IMG/VR virus record: IMGVR_UViG_3300043436_001486
Location: 1-62,453 of that record
DNA length: 62,453 nucleotides
Source: a virus
Taxonomy: Duplodnaviria; Caudoviricetes
Direction: 5' to 3' (one strand)
Shown: piece by piece, positions 20,233 to 31,588 of the stretch
How the letters are laid out: every line of letters begins with the position of its first letter
Numbering within the stretch: position 1 is the stretch's first letter
The notes under the pieces: model-generated
Database searches by the model: none
What the model was told of the DNA's origin: nothing
The model's input: the letters and a program-made list of their open reading frames with translations, nothing else
Made by a program: the position numbers and the translations under genes

Positions 20233-20659
20233 CTAAGTTTTTTTTCTCGTAAAAATCCGCTATGTCTTTGTCAAATGCCGCTATGAGAACTTGTAATCTT
20301 TCATCATACTTCAAGTGCCCGTTAATCTTATTGAGGTGGTATATAACCCCAGAATGGTCTGCAACATTAACGTATTGGGAAATCCTTTGAAGGGAAAGCC
20401 TTGAGTATTTATTTAACAAATACACAGCAACCTGCCTTGCCTCTACTACTCCCCTAGTTCTATTCTTTTTTGAAATCTCTACTCCTAACTTTCTTTGAAC
20501 TAAGTCAACAATGAAGTACGGCTCTATAATACTTGCTGAATTATTAATCCTTGAGACTACTCCGCAGTCAACCCCAAGTTCTATTGCCAGCGCATAGGCC
20601 TCTTCTATTTTTCTCAAAATATGTTTGACTACCTCTATCCTAAGTGTGTTATTTTCCAT
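20213..20659 (-). CDS. DnaA C-terminal (domain IV)-like HTH protein
   Basis: RTR.VV.ARQVAVYL...LSLQ.I...DHS.VIY. Confidence 0.75.
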   Translation of the reverse strand: MENNTLRIEVVKHILRKIEEAYALAIELGVDCGVVSRINNSASIIEPYFIVDLVQRKLGVEISKKNRTRGVVEARQVAVYLLNKYSRLSLQRISQYVNVADHSGVIYHLNKINGHLKYDERLQVLIAAFDKDIADFYEKKNLDEGNSI

Positions 20660-20921
20660 TGTTATATTTTTCTTCGTAATATTCCTCTTTACTATAATGC
20701 GGTAAGTTGGGGTGGCTTATAGGTGTTTCTTGTCCATCGGAAAATGCTTTCATTATATGCTCTTTCTCCATTGCTTTTGCTTCTGCTATGTCATCCTGAG
20801 ATAGGTAACCTTGCCTATGGTGGTATCTTAGTGCCAACCATTCAACTGCTGTTAAGTTTTTAAGTATTCCAATATTCATATCGGCATTACTTGTTTGTGT
20901 TATTTTTATTTGTTGTGCCAT
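20649..20921 (-). CDS. Hypothetical protein
   Basis: TAVEWL..AKAMEKE.I..A motif common in Bacteroidota phages. Confidence 0.55.
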   Translation of the reverse strand: MAQQIKITQTSNADMNIGILKNLTAVEWLALRYHHRQGYLSQDDIAEAKAMEKEHIMKAFSDGQETPISHPNLPHYSKEEYYEEKYNNGK

Positions 20922-20924
20922 AGT

Positions 20925-21167
20925 TTATAGTTTTTCGTATGTTGCTTCAAAGATGTCGGGTTTGCAAGGGTAAAATTCACCTTTAATTCCTTTGATTATG
21001 TAGTCTCCTTTGCTTGCTAACATATTACCTTCCAAGGTTTCTATTACTACGCCTGTTAAAGGATGCCATTTTAATTTATCTCCACAGAACTCCACTAATA
21101 CATCTGTATTATCTGCTGTTAATTGGATAGCTTCAATTACTACTGGTTTCTTTCTGTATTGTGCCAT
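20925..21167 (-). CDS. Conserved phage protein (PGDYG-like)
   Basis: YRKKPVVIEAIQ..TLEG.M.A..GDYIIKG..GEFYPCKPDIF..TYE. Confidence 0.75.
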   Translation of the reverse strand: MAQYRKKPVVIEAIQLTADNTDVLVEFCGDKLKWHPLTGVVIETLEGNMLASKGDYIIKGIKGEFYPCKPDIFEATYEKL

Positions 21168-21339
21168 AGTTTATTTGTTTAAAATATTCTGTACAAATCT
21201 GAATACTCGTCAGCCTTCTTATGCTTGGAAATCTTTTCACACACCTTGCAGTATGTTGCCAGCTTGTCTACTCTTGTGAGGCTTTTAAAGAACTCATCAG
21301 CGGGCTTAACCAACTTGCATTTAGGACATTTCTTTTCCT

Positions 21340-21795
21340 TCATTTTGCAAGTGTAATTTTATAAGATGTTGTACTTGTTTTTGTAGGGCCAATAGCAGCT
21401 TCTCCATTCTCGTCAACAAGTGTATGTCCAGCAGGTATTTTCTTTAGTAAATCCTCTCTTTGCTTAAGTGCTGATGTTGATTCATCATTCCTTGCTTTCA
21501 GTTCAGCCCATGTAGAATCTCCAGAATAATCATACTTAACTCCCGTTTCAGCAGTTTCAATCTTGGCATCATAAATATTTACTTTCCCCCCTTGGTATTT
21601 ATAAAGCTCGTCAATCGTGTATTTATTTAGCCTTTCTCTGGCATCTTTAACGAACTCTTCAATAACTTTAAGCTGTAAGGCTACATCAATAGCATTTACT
21701 TCTCCGTTGTCAACTTGCTGAATAAGTATGTCTGACGCAATCTTGATGTCAGACTTGGTAGGTTTAAGGTTTTGTAGTTGTAGTTCCATTTTCAA
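21340..21795 (-). CDS. Hypothetical protein in recombination module
   Basis: ETGVKYDYS motif, coiled coil. Confidence 0.55.
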   Translation of the reverse strand: MKMELQLQNLKPTKSDIKIASDILIQQVDNGEVNAIDVALQLKVIEEFVKDARERLNKYTIDELYKYQGGKVNIYDAKIETAETGVKYDYSGDSTWAELKARNDESTSALKQREDLLKKIPAGHTLVDENGEAAIGPTKTSTTSYKITLAK

Positions 21796-21973
21796 TGTTT
21801 GTAGTGCGAATAATTGTTATTTCTGGTTGTGAAGTTCCATCAAGTACCCTTTCGTAAAATTCCATAGCCTTCTCGCTATTGTGGGACAATGAACCCGTTA
21901 CATACTCTCCATCAATACTTGTGTAGTACCAAATGACTTCTCCCTTTTTTTCTTTAACAAAATCTATTCTCAT
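21764..21973 (-). CDS. Small hypothetical protein
   Basis: Coupled to ERF gene. Confidence 0.55.
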   Translation of the reverse strand: MRIDFVKEKKGEVIWYYTSIDGEYVTGSLSHNSEKAMEFYERVLDGTSQPEITIIRTTNIENGTTTTKP

Positions 21974-22506
21974 GGTTTGGTGTTTAATTGTTCTTTAACT
22001 TCTTTAGAAAGCTTATACTTCTTCTCTACATCAGCAATGCTTCCGCCCTCCAGAACGTACTTGTGTGCTGCATCAAACTGCGTAGTGCCTTTGTTTAACC
22101 ACGGCTTACCATCGTCTTTCTTCTCCTCATGCGTGTTTGTTTCATCAGCATCCTTTGTGTCATCAATGGCAAACATTCCATTAAGGGCATACTTTCTGGC
22201 ATAGGATGAAGACGCGCCCGTAATCTGGCTGTCAGACATTCCCTTCTGCGTTTCTGGTTCTCTTGCAAAGGCTGAAACTGAAATAGAATCTGTACCATTG
22301 GAAACTTTGACAGTCGCCTTTACATATACCCTGTCGCCAATAATAGCCATGTCATCGCTGATTGTCAGTATGCAGTTATGCTTAAATAGTAAAGGCTTAA
22401 CGGCCTCAAGGATGTCTTCTGCGTTTCTGTACTTGTAGCCTCCAAACTTGTTGAATTGGGACTTAGGTGCTTTAAGTTCGTTCTGAATGTGTACTAATTC
22501 TTTCAT
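21970..22506 (-). CDS. erf: ERF-family single-strand annealing recombinase
   Basis: IQ.ELKAPK.Q.N.FG.Y.YR..EDILEAVKP; Q.TGA.SSYARKYAL.G.F.ID. Confidence 0.9.
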   Translation of the reverse strand: MKELVHIQNELKAPKSQFNKFGGYKYRNAEDILEAVKPLLFKHNCILTISDDMAIIGDRVYVKATVKVSNGTDSISVSAFAREPETQKGMSDSQITGASSSYARKYALNGMFAIDDTKDADETNTHEEKKDDGKPWLNKGTTQFDAAHKYVLEGGSIADVEKKYKLSKEVKEQLNTKP

Positions 22507-24788
22507 TGTTTATGTGCTTTTGGGTTTGATGTTATTCCATATTCGTAAAATGCAGAAAGGATTTTTACCTCTAATTCTTGGTTAACTTCCTCTATCTGTT
22601 TCTCATTTAGCGAATCGTGAAAATACTCACGAATGTATTTCTGTACCTTTTCAATTACATTGTCTTGTACTTGTTTCATAATTCTATGTGTGGTGTTGGT
22701 GGGAAATATTCTGCTGATGGTAGATTCTTTTCAGCATTGTTTACAATGCCTTTTACTCTTTGGTATATGTTTTCATCATGCCATATTGCGTGATGAACTT
22801 TAGCTATGAATACCATTCTGTCTGGTTCACTCATTCTTGCAAATGATGAAATGTTTTCTAAGATTTCTTTCATAAATTTAAGGTTTAACGATTGTTATAA
22901 CTGGCTTTTTCTTATTCCAATAGTGTTTTGCGTGCTTGATGCATCCGCATTGGCAGGTATATATTTCGTGCCTATACCTTTCAGCCTTGTGCAGACTTCT
23001 TATCTCCCACTTGTGCGGCTTGCTCGTTGTAATCTTCAAGAGTACTTGAAAAAACCCCAATAATGAATAATGGGAAAGGGAGTTTTGATTTGTCTTTCTT
23101 TGGCAACTTGTTCCAATCGTACTTGAGGGAATCGTAGTTTCTTGCTGTAAATTCATAAACTGCTTTTAAGGTTTGTTGTGCGTTCATTTTATTTGTTTAA
23201 TTTGTGTTCAATAGCATCAGCCAAGCTTAGTATTCCGTCAAGCAAAAATTCAAGGATGGTTGCCATGAGTATTAGCAAGAACCAAGCTGTCATTGGCAAT
23301 GCCAATACGATTAGTAGTAATATTTTCTTCATAATTTTAAGGTTGTGTGCAATTTAATAACTTGTTAGTTAATTGCCAAAATTATTTTCAGATTCAATCC
23401 AGCTATGGATTTGCTCAACTATGACACCAATGTGTTCTTTAGTCAATAACTTGGTAATGTCAATTTCTGGCAGTCCAATGAATCCCATTGTAATCTTCTG
23501 AATTTCTATGGTAACGTAGTCAAATTGGCTTACATTCCCATTAAACTCCCTTAATTCATTACTTTCTTCAATCGTGTAATGTGCGTCTATTGAGAACTTG
23601 TCTCCGTATGCAAGTGCTATTGTCTTCATAATTCTATTTCTAATGTTGTTAAGTATGTTGGGGAAAGTCTGCCATTCTCTTCGGCCACTCCTCTGTAATC
23701 GTAAATTCTTTCATCAGCCCACTTTCCATGACTGTCTTCATGTATGTTGATGAATCCTATTTCAGTTTCTACCAATGCGAATAAGTCATATTCGTGTTCT
23801 GTTGCAGTATAATCCCCGTTTTCGTACCAAGTCTGGCAAACTCCGTTAATCCATCCAATAATAACATGTCCTTTAATAGCATCAAGATTGTGTCCGCAAA
23901 CTTGAACAGCAAGTCCGCTACGCGTAACGCAATCGTAATCTGATGGCATACCTGCCTTGTATTTTACTTTTTTGTAGTTCATATTTCTGAATATTTAGGG
24001 TATCTCCCGTTTTTTGTAATGTTTATTTGTATTTCCTTAACCCTTCTGTCATCTGTTATGTCAAGGGAAAGTTTTGAGAATGTGTAGACGCATCGCTGCC
24101 CTTCATGGTATATTTCTATTGGCACTTCATCAAGTCCATACTTGTCATCTAACATCTTCAGCTGATTAAGTAATGCTTTTGCTGTCATAGGTTAATTAGT
24201 TCAATTATTTCCTCTGTGGATTCTATGGCAAATATTTTACTTGCCGAACCCTGCAAGTCTATTATTGAACCAGAACCATTCCTTGAAATTTGCAGGATTA
24301 ATGCTGAATTAATCCATTCATTGCCATACGTTGTTGTTACTTTAATAATCTTCATTGTTTTCAAATTTTTCGGTTTCGTTTTTGTAATATAATGCTATCC
24401 CTATCAGCCTATTAACAAGCTGCCATTCTGTTTCCATTGCTATTTTCATAGCATCTTCAACATTTTCTATTTCATCTCCTGCAAGTTCCATAATTGCTCT
24501 TACCATTAATTGTCTGTCCATTGTATTAAATTGTGTTGTCAGCTAATTTGTGTCCAATAATGTTATAAAGTTCAGCAGTTGGCCACCCTCCATTTTCTTC
24601 TATTGCCATGTAATCCAATGTGTCATGCTGAATGTCCTGCATGGTAAAGGTATTGTCAGTTGCACTAAGCCTAAAGTTTTCTATTATAATACTTTCAGCT
24701 TGTTCATAATTTTCAGCTTCAAATTGGTGGTATTCCCTAACCCAAATCGTGCATTTTCTGTCAATGTGAAATTCAAATTTGTCCATGT

Positions 24789-24836
24789 TGTAAATTTAGT
24801 TGTGTTTATTGTTAAAAAGTGTTAATGGGTTGTTAA
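24789..24836 (-). promoter_or_regulatory. Early promoter cassette, shortened copy
   Basis: Three TTAACA boxes then TAAATTTA. Confidence 0.5.
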
Positions 24837-25276
24837 AGCTGTCCTTCTTCAGCAAATGAATAATAGCTGTCTTCCGTTAGGATTATATGGTCAAGCAAAT
24901 TAATGTCAAATAGCTTACATGCCCCATTAATCTTGTCTGTCATGCTTTTGTCATTGGCTGATGGTTTGAGGTTCCCAGATGGATGGTTATGGGCCACAAT
25001 TAAGCTTGATGCTGAACTTTGCAGTGCCATTGTCATAATTACCTTAACATCGCATACCACTCCAGAAAATCCTCCTGCACCTACCTTATAATAGCCTATA
25101 ACTTTATGTGCCCTATTTAGGCATACCAAAATAAATTCCTCTGTCCATTGAATTGTGTCAGCATTAAATACGTTTCTTAGAACTTGTACAATGTCATCCG
25201 AATTTTTTATGTAAAATTCATCTCCCTTTGTAGCTTTTACTTTAATCTTAAGTTCTGGCAATTTAATTTTTTTCAT
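24833..25276 (-). CDS. RadC-like JAB domain protein
   Basis: E.F....LNR, AHNHPSGN..PS..D, LLDHII. Confidence 0.88.
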   Translation of the reverse strand: MKKIKLPELKIKVKATKGDEFYIKNSDDIVQVLRNVFNADTIQWTEEFILVCLNRAHKVIGYYKVGAGGFSGVVCDVKVIMTMALQSSASSLIVAHNHPSGNLKPSANDKSMTDKINGACKLFDINLLDHIILTEDSYYSFAEEGQL

Positions 25277-25490
25277 GTGTTATGTGGTTTGAAGGTCGTA
25301 TAAAAGATTGTCAATATATTGCTCATGTGCAATTACCTGCATAATCTGGGTGCGTTCCTCTAAGTTAATCCGGCATAGGTGCTGTAAGTATTCAATAAAA
25401 TTCCAATGCGTGTAATTTTCTGCCTTGTATTGGGCAAAGTACTTGTTTGTCAGTTCTTCTAATTTTTTCATGTGTGTTTGTGTTTAGATT

Positions 25491-25546
25491 GTAAAGGTAT
25501 TCGCTGAATTGTTAAAATGTTGTCAAGGTGTTGTTAAAGAGTGTTA
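25491..25546 (-). promoter_or_regulatory. Early promoter cassette
   Basis: TTAACA..TTAACA..TTGACA..TTTAACA..TACCTTTA. Confidence 0.65.
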
Positions 25547-25739
25547 ATTTTCATATTCGCAATATATTTCTTCCTTGCCATCAACTATCTGCATTACTTC
25601 AATGTATAAAAATCCATGCTTATTAAATATTTCAGCATCCTTCATGCAGTATTCAAGCCTGACGTATGGGCCATACCTTCTGGATGCCCCAATTTCTCTG
25701 TCTTGTTCGTTTCTAATTGCGTTAATATAGTAGTTCATA

Positions 25740-26339
25740 TTAGTAAATTTTTCCATCTTCTGTAAATTCGTATTCGTTTATTTCAAGTTGTTCGGCTATA
25801 TATTCATCGCTGAAATAATATTCGTATGCTTCTGAAATTCTGTCTAAAACTTCTTCCATGTGGTTTGAGAACTTAACTTCAGCATAGTACAATATTTTCG
25901 TTTCTTCATAGCTGAATATGTAGTCGCAATGATTTTCTTCAAAGTTTATTTTTGTGTCTGGATAACGGCCTTTTGTGGCTCTAATCGTGAAATAAACTTT
26001 ATCATGCATCCCTTCGGGTATTTCAAGCCATTCCATGAACATTTTTTCATTGTTTATGACTATTCCATTACTTGCGTCTAAATGCCTATTTCTGTCAAGG
26101 TCATAAAATACTTTTCTACTTCCACTATTCCCAATAATTGGCTTACCATAATCAGCATAGGATGGGCAAAGGTCTACAATTTCTGTATGTCTTGGCTCGT
26201 ATAAATAGCAGTCATCAAGTGCATATTCGCTGAACGTATTATACTTGTATAATCTTTCCCTATATTCTTCAATGGCTTTACTTTGTGCATCCTTTGACAA
26301 TTCGTTGAATTGGTAAATATTTAGTTCTATGGTTTTCAT
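25740..26339 (-). CDS. Acidic early protein, possible anti-restriction factor
   Basis: Y.F.ELS..AQ.KA and EY..SDE.I.E....NEYEF.EDG motifs. Confidence 0.5.
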   Translation of the reverse strand: MKTIELNIYQFNELSKDAQSKAIEEYRERLYKYNTFSEYALDDCYLYEPRHTEIVDLCPSYADYGKPIIGNSGSRKVFYDLDRNRHLDASNGIVINNEKMFMEWLEIPEGMHDKVYFTIRATKGRYPDTKINFEENHCDYIFSYEETKILYYAEVKFSNHMEEVLDRISEAYEYYFSDEYIAEQLEINEYEFTEDGKIY

Positions 26340-27900
26340 GTTATAATTTTATAAATTGGCAATAATTTTTAATTTCTGACAAGTCGATACGGCCATACAT
26401 TCGGCTTGAATAATATCCCTGCATCCTATACCTTTCAATCCAATTTGTAAGGCTATTTAGGGCCTCTTTCTGGCTTTTATAATACGGCTTGTCAAATTCT
26501 ATTGTGAATCCGTCTGGGCTTAAAATTTGGTACTTTGCCATGCTTATTTTTTAAATGCTTTATTCCATTCTTCAATCATTAAGTTTTGCAGTTCCCGAAG
26601 TTCAGCAAGGGTATTGCCCACAAACTGCTCAAAACTATAATGGATGCCATGTATTTTGTCCTGCATTGTCTGGATGTTGCAAATAATTTGCATAGCTTCG
26701 GCTTGTTGCTCAAATGACATTTTTTTAAATTTGTTCATGGTTTATTGTTTTAAATTTCAGCAGAAAATTGACATTGTCCTTCCCTTTCAATACATTCCTC
26801 AATCTTTTTGCCAAGTTTATAGTCGGCATATTCGCTAAGCATCCTATCCGTTATTCCTGCTTCATCAAGTTCTGAATCCGCGTAACCATTTCTTTCGGCA
26901 AAAAATTCTTCAATCTTCTGTAAATTTTCTCCCAAAATTTCCTCAATCCTTTTTAATTCATCTTTTACTTCCTGCAAATTGTCTTCTTCAAAATAGTATT
27001 CAATGCAACTTGGTTCACATTCAGCATCTGCCGAAAATCTTGATGCTGCATCGCTTGGCTGAACACCAAACCAAAATTTGCCGTTAATATCTCCGTTATA
27101 ATACCTTCCCATGATTGTGTTTTTTAGTGTGTTATTAAAATTTAAGTATTTGTAGGTAGTTTTGATATGCTTCATCATAAGTGAGTGCCCAAATCCTATA
27201 CCCGTCAATAATGAATAGCTTTTTTTCCATGATTGTGTTTTTTAGTATGTTATTAATTTTGTTTCCAAATTTCTCCTAACTGCTCAAATGTTTTCCAAGA
27301 TTCCAATACATTTTTGCCATATCTGGGTTTTTTGATGCAAATGTTAATGTACTTCATTTCTGAACGTTTTTTTGCATTGCGTTCTATTGTTTCAGCATCT
27401 TTCCATGAATCGCATACAACAATAAACTTGTTTGTCTTGTTTTCAGCCATGCCCCACCCACTAAAAAATTTGTCTGTCATGGTTACATAAATAGGCAACT
27501 TTTCTAATTTTACAATGGCTGAATCTGGGCACAATTCAAGCCTGCAAATTTCTTCCCTTGCTTGTTGTTCGTTGTTTGAGTAAACATAAATAACTGCATG
27601 GCCTTTGTCATGTTTTACTTTTGCTTTGTACTTAATCATTTCAAAAAATTTAAGGTTAAAAAATTGCAGGTTTTCGGGTTAGCCTGCATCCCATTAGGGT
27701 TAGTTAAAGAAAATAAATTCAACGCACTCCGCGTGTTCATCCATTCCCATGTCTTGAAAAGTTGTATAGCATCCATCAGCATCAGAAACAAAAACAAGGT
27801 TACAAACTTCTGAAACGATGGTTTTTCCGTAAATTTCAATGGCTTCTTTTAGTGTGGCTTTGCTCATTTTTTTTTGTTTTAGTGTGTTATTGTTTAGAAT

Positions 27901-27958
27901 GTAAAAATAGCTGATGAATTGTTAAATTGTTCACAATGGTATGTTAATCAGTTGTTAA
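27901..27958 (-). promoter_or_regulatory. Early promoter cassette
   Basis: TTAACA..TTAACA..ATTGTGAAC..TTTAACA..TATTTTTA. Confidence 0.65.
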
Positions 27959-28330
27959 GATGCCATGTTCATTAATCAAAAAAATTATGTTGTATATCTG
28001 GCTTTTATATGCGTGTCTGTCCATTAATTCCTCTTCAAATTTCTGAATGTTTATATAATACAAATTATTGTCCAATACATAATTAACGGCATCATTTATA
28101 TTTTTGAATGTTTCTACTTTCATATTATTCGGCTTCAAATGTTTGTAAATAATCAGCATTTAATTCTTCTTCCTCTCTGAAAAAACTGGCTGTGTTCATC
28201 CAAGATTGTGCCATGTGTTTATCAACTTCCTTTGTGCTGTTTGTGTCTTTTACTTTGTAGGCCGTAACTACATGGCAATTTTCATGTCTTAATTTCCAAA
28301 GTGAGTATTTCATTTTTATAAATTTTAAGG

Positions 28331-28612
28331 TTAAAAATATTTGTAAGAAATAACGGCTTCAGTATTGCACCGGCTTAATGTTAGGTAATAACCCGAAAAG
28401 TAGCTAAGGCCATAAATTCCATGTGTAAAGTTGCTGTCCGTCCGCATGAACATGTCAAGCGGTAAGGCTGTTTTGTCGCTACCTTCCTTCAGTATTACAT
28501 AGCTTGTTGAATGTGCGTCGGATTCTTCCCTATCTTCTAAAATTTCGGCTTGTAAATTTTCTGGTAGTTCGCTAAAGTCAAAAATATGTGAACGATTGTA
28601 ATTTCTGGTCAT
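28331..28612 (-). CDS. Early protein, paralogue A
   Basis: MTRNYNR...RTD.NFTHGI...SYFSGY.LT.S.C...YKYF. Confidence 0.65.
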   Translation of the reverse strand: MTRNYNRSHIFDFSELPENLQAEILEDREESDAHSTSYVILKEGSDKTALPLDMFMRTDSNFTHGIYGLSYFSGYYLTLSRCNTEAVISYKYF

Positions 28613-29019
28613 GGTAAAAAATTTAAGGTTTTAAAATTGGCCCGAATTTCACGGGCCTAAATTCTGGGTTATTCGGCTTCTTCGTATGGTTCAAAGGTTT
28701 CTGCTTCGTGGTAGGTAGGGAAAAAATATTCTTCGCCATTGTCAAAGTTAGTAACCAAATATTCTACTTCACGGCCCAACATTGAACAAATGGAAATCCC
28801 ATTTTCTAAGGCAATGTAAACGTAACCCGAATTTGAATTGAAGCCAACCTCCAAAATTTCCTCTCCTGCTGAATAGTCAGAATAGGCAATAAAGCATAAG
28901 CCAAGCCCGTGGGCTTCGCAACATGCAACATAATTTGAATGGAATCCGTTGAACTGAATCTTTGAGCCCGTGTAATAATTTGAAATAGACATAAATTAAG
29001 GTTTTTGTTGTTATAAAAA

Positions 29020-29078
29020 GTAAAGGTAAAAGGCTGAATGTTAAAATGTTCACAATGGATTACTAAAGGTTTGTTAAA
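29020..29078 (-). promoter_or_regulatory. Early promoter cassette
   Basis: TTAACA..TTTAGTA..ATTGTGAAC..TTTAACA..TACCTTTA. Confidence 0.65.
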
Positions 29079-29153
29079 TACTATCAGCAAAACAAAGGAG
29101 TAAACAAAGGGCAATGATGCAAATGATTTGAAGGGTTAATTTTTTCATGTGCT

Positions 29154-29429
29154 TTAAAAATATTTATACGCCAAAACGCCATTCATTCCGCACTTGCTGA
29201 ATGTTAGAAAATATCCCGAAAAATAGCTGTCCAAAAAAATGCCATGAGTGAAATTGCCATCTGTACGAATAAACGCACTTAATGGAATGGCTTTGTCGTT
29301 TTCTTCATCTATTGCATACAAAGTATTTTCGGCATCGTCTGGGCTGAAAATATTTAATACTTCGGCTTGTTGCGTTTCTGAAAGTTGAAAAAATAAATAA
29401 AAATTAGTTCTGTTGTAGTTTCTGGTCAT
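29154..29429 (-). CDS. Early protein, paralogue B
   Basis: Same motifs as 28331..28612. Confidence 0.65.
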   Translation of the reverse strand: MTRNYNRTNFYLFFQLSETQQAEVLNIFSPDDAENTLYAIDEENDKAIPLSAFIRTDGNFTHGIFLDSYFSGYFLTFSKCGMNGVLAYKYF

Positions 29430-29691
29430 GTTGTAAAATTTAAGGTATAAAAAATTAGTTATTTATGAAACGTATTTCGTTATTCTGCTTAACTGCTAAT
29501 TTATTTTTAATAAGTCTGTTAATTTCTCCAATGCTAACCCTTCCGCTAACTTTTCCATTAAGCAGGGAAAATAAAGAACTAAAATTTTTTGCATCTCTCA
29601 AATATTGAAACCCTGCAAAATTTATGGTTTTGCCGTTTTTTTCTATTGTAACAATCCACATTGTTTTATTCATGTCGTTTGGTTTAGAATT

Positions 29692-29748
29692 CAAAAATAC
29701 AAGGCCAAACGTTAAAATAGTGCCAATGCCTTGTTAAAGGGTTGTTAA
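29692..29748 (-). promoter_or_regulatory. Early promoter cassette (first in transcription order)
   Basis: TTAACA..TTAACA..ATTGGCAC..TTTAAC..TATTTTTG. Confidence 0.65.
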
Positions 29749-30530
29749 TACTAACAAATTTCTGGTAGTTGTGTATGGATTGAAATAAGGCGAAATAAAG
29801 CAGGGAATTAACAAAGCAGGGTAAACAATTAGGCGAAGGGTTTAACGGCCTGCAATGGGTTGGTATTACTTTACATTATGTTTCTGGGTATTACCTTCAG
29901 CACATGAGCAGGAAAGGGAGTACAAAATTATTTTATCTGGTTAATTAGATTTTTTGTTTTATCCCTGCAAAGGTTGGGAGGGTTGCATCTGGGCATGATT
30001 AGGGGAATAGGGATATGGGGCAATCCCTACTAAACAAGTAGACTTCTCTTTGTTAAAGAAAAGTTAAAACGTAAACGTTAAAGAAACGTTAAAGAAATTT
30101 ATAGCATGGTACACGGGTTAGGGAAATGGACTTGCACCCCAGGGGGTGGTGACTGGCGCGGAGGGGAGTACCCCAACTACAAACTTATCTACCACTACTA
30201 CACCCATACCTACCCCATTTATACGTCAGCGCATACAATTTGCTCATCAGCACATTGCATATATTCATCAGCATATAAATACAATTGTATAGATGTAATA
30301 TATACTAATATAGAAACGCTATAACTCGTTGATAATCATAACTAATTATTCTACAGGGTTAGAATCGTTTTGTATGAAATTAGAATACACTCAATAATCA
30401 GCGTTTATTATGTGTTTACATGCTTAATAATTATAAGAAGGAAACTCCATAACATGCTGATAATCAATCATAGTATTCCGAAATACTGGAAAAAATTTGG
30501 ATAATACTGGAAAAGTAGTATATTTGCTAT

Positions 30531-30992
30531 ATGAAACATGAGGCGTATTTGACTAGTCCGTATAAGTACATGAAGATTGAGGAGAGGGCATTTGCTACGA
30601 AACAAAATGAGGAGATTACGACTAATGTGGAGACTGGGGAGATGTTCGTAATGAAGAGGATTCCTAAGAATAAGATTGTACCACATGACGCATTGGTGTA
30701 CACTAAGCTATTCCAAGAATCAATACATCAGCTTTGTTCTCTTGGCGCAGCGTCACTGAAGATTCTGCTCTACTCAATTGCTAACGTTAAACCTTTTTCT
30801 GAGACAGTTGTACTGAATGGCCCGGACGTAATGCTATATTGCAACATCAGCAAAAGTTCGTTTTACGATGGAGTTATAGAGTTATTGGACAGGAAGATTC
30901 TGTGTAAGAAACTTGGTTCTAATATTGAGTTCTGGTTTGACCCGAATATATTTTTTAATGGTAACAGAGTAAAAGTTAGTAATAAGTTATGA
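30531..30992 (+). CDS. Second RepL-like winged-helix protein
   Basis: YTKLF, SKSSFY.GV.EL, FWFDPNIFFNG.R; TATATTTG 4 nt before ATG. Confidence 0.65.
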   Translation: MKHEAYLTSPYKYMKIEERAFATKQNEEITTNVETGEMFVMKRIPKNKIVPHDALVYTKLFQESIHQLCSLGAASLKILLYSIANVKPFSETVVLNGPDVMLYCNISKSSFYDGVIELLDRKILCKKLGSNIEFWFDPNIFFNGNRVKVSNKL

Positions 30993-31456
30993 AATACACA
31001 ATAGAGATTATAGTAGGAGACAAGCTGATTGAAAGGATAATTGAGTGCGACTACCTAAATACTGTAGATGGAGTTTACGACTTTATAATACTAGGAGGCT
31101 ATTGGGAGTGTGAGTGTGGGACAAAACATAGCTTAAATAAAAGTGTTGGTAGCTATCCAAAAAATATGACAATTATTAAAAATGTAGAGCAATGACATGC
31201 TATATTTGTGCTAATCCAGCTGAAAATTCTATTAGGGTACACGATTCTGTGACATTCTCTTATTGTGACGTACACCGTAATAGCGTAATACTGGGTATAA
31301 GCAATTTCGTTCTTACTGGTACACTAGACAGGCTAGAGGGTTTCAAGGAATCGTACATGACTAAGCACAAAGGTTCAGCATATAGGGAGTTTGAAAAGTG
31401 TAAAAGGATAGGTGAGATGATGGAAAATTACGATAGTAGTGTTACAGAACAGGCTT

Positions 31457-31585
31457 TATGACGGATTTGTCATACAAAAATACTATTGCAGTATGGGTAA
31501 AATAGAAGCTGCAAGGCCCGTAGGGGATTATCCTCCTTGACGGGTAGTGTGACGGTATGTCACGGGTTGGGTACTCGATTCCAAC
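31457..31585 (+). ncRNA. Candidate structured RNA (five consecutive hairpins)
   Basis: Stems tatgac/gtcata, ttgcag/ctgcaa, cccgt/acggg, gtgac/gtcac, gttgg/ccaac. Confidence 0.4.
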
Positions 31586-31588
31586 ATC

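Larger units (their letters stand above)
22500..29694 (-). other. Early/host-takeover region with about 25 small ORFs
   Basis: Dense co-directional 50-200 aa ORFs, shared aaccttaaattt/aaacacac start contexts, repeated promoters. Confidence 0.75.

Noticed and set aside
24789-29748. Integron- or CRISPR-like cassette array
   Set aside because: The repeats are degenerate, end in promoter -7 boxes and lack attC-like structure; no integrase seen.
30106-30324. 72-aa ORF in the divergence region, and the 31537-31734 ORF
   Set aside because: Low-complexity translation of repeats; the latter overlaps the tRNA-like gene.
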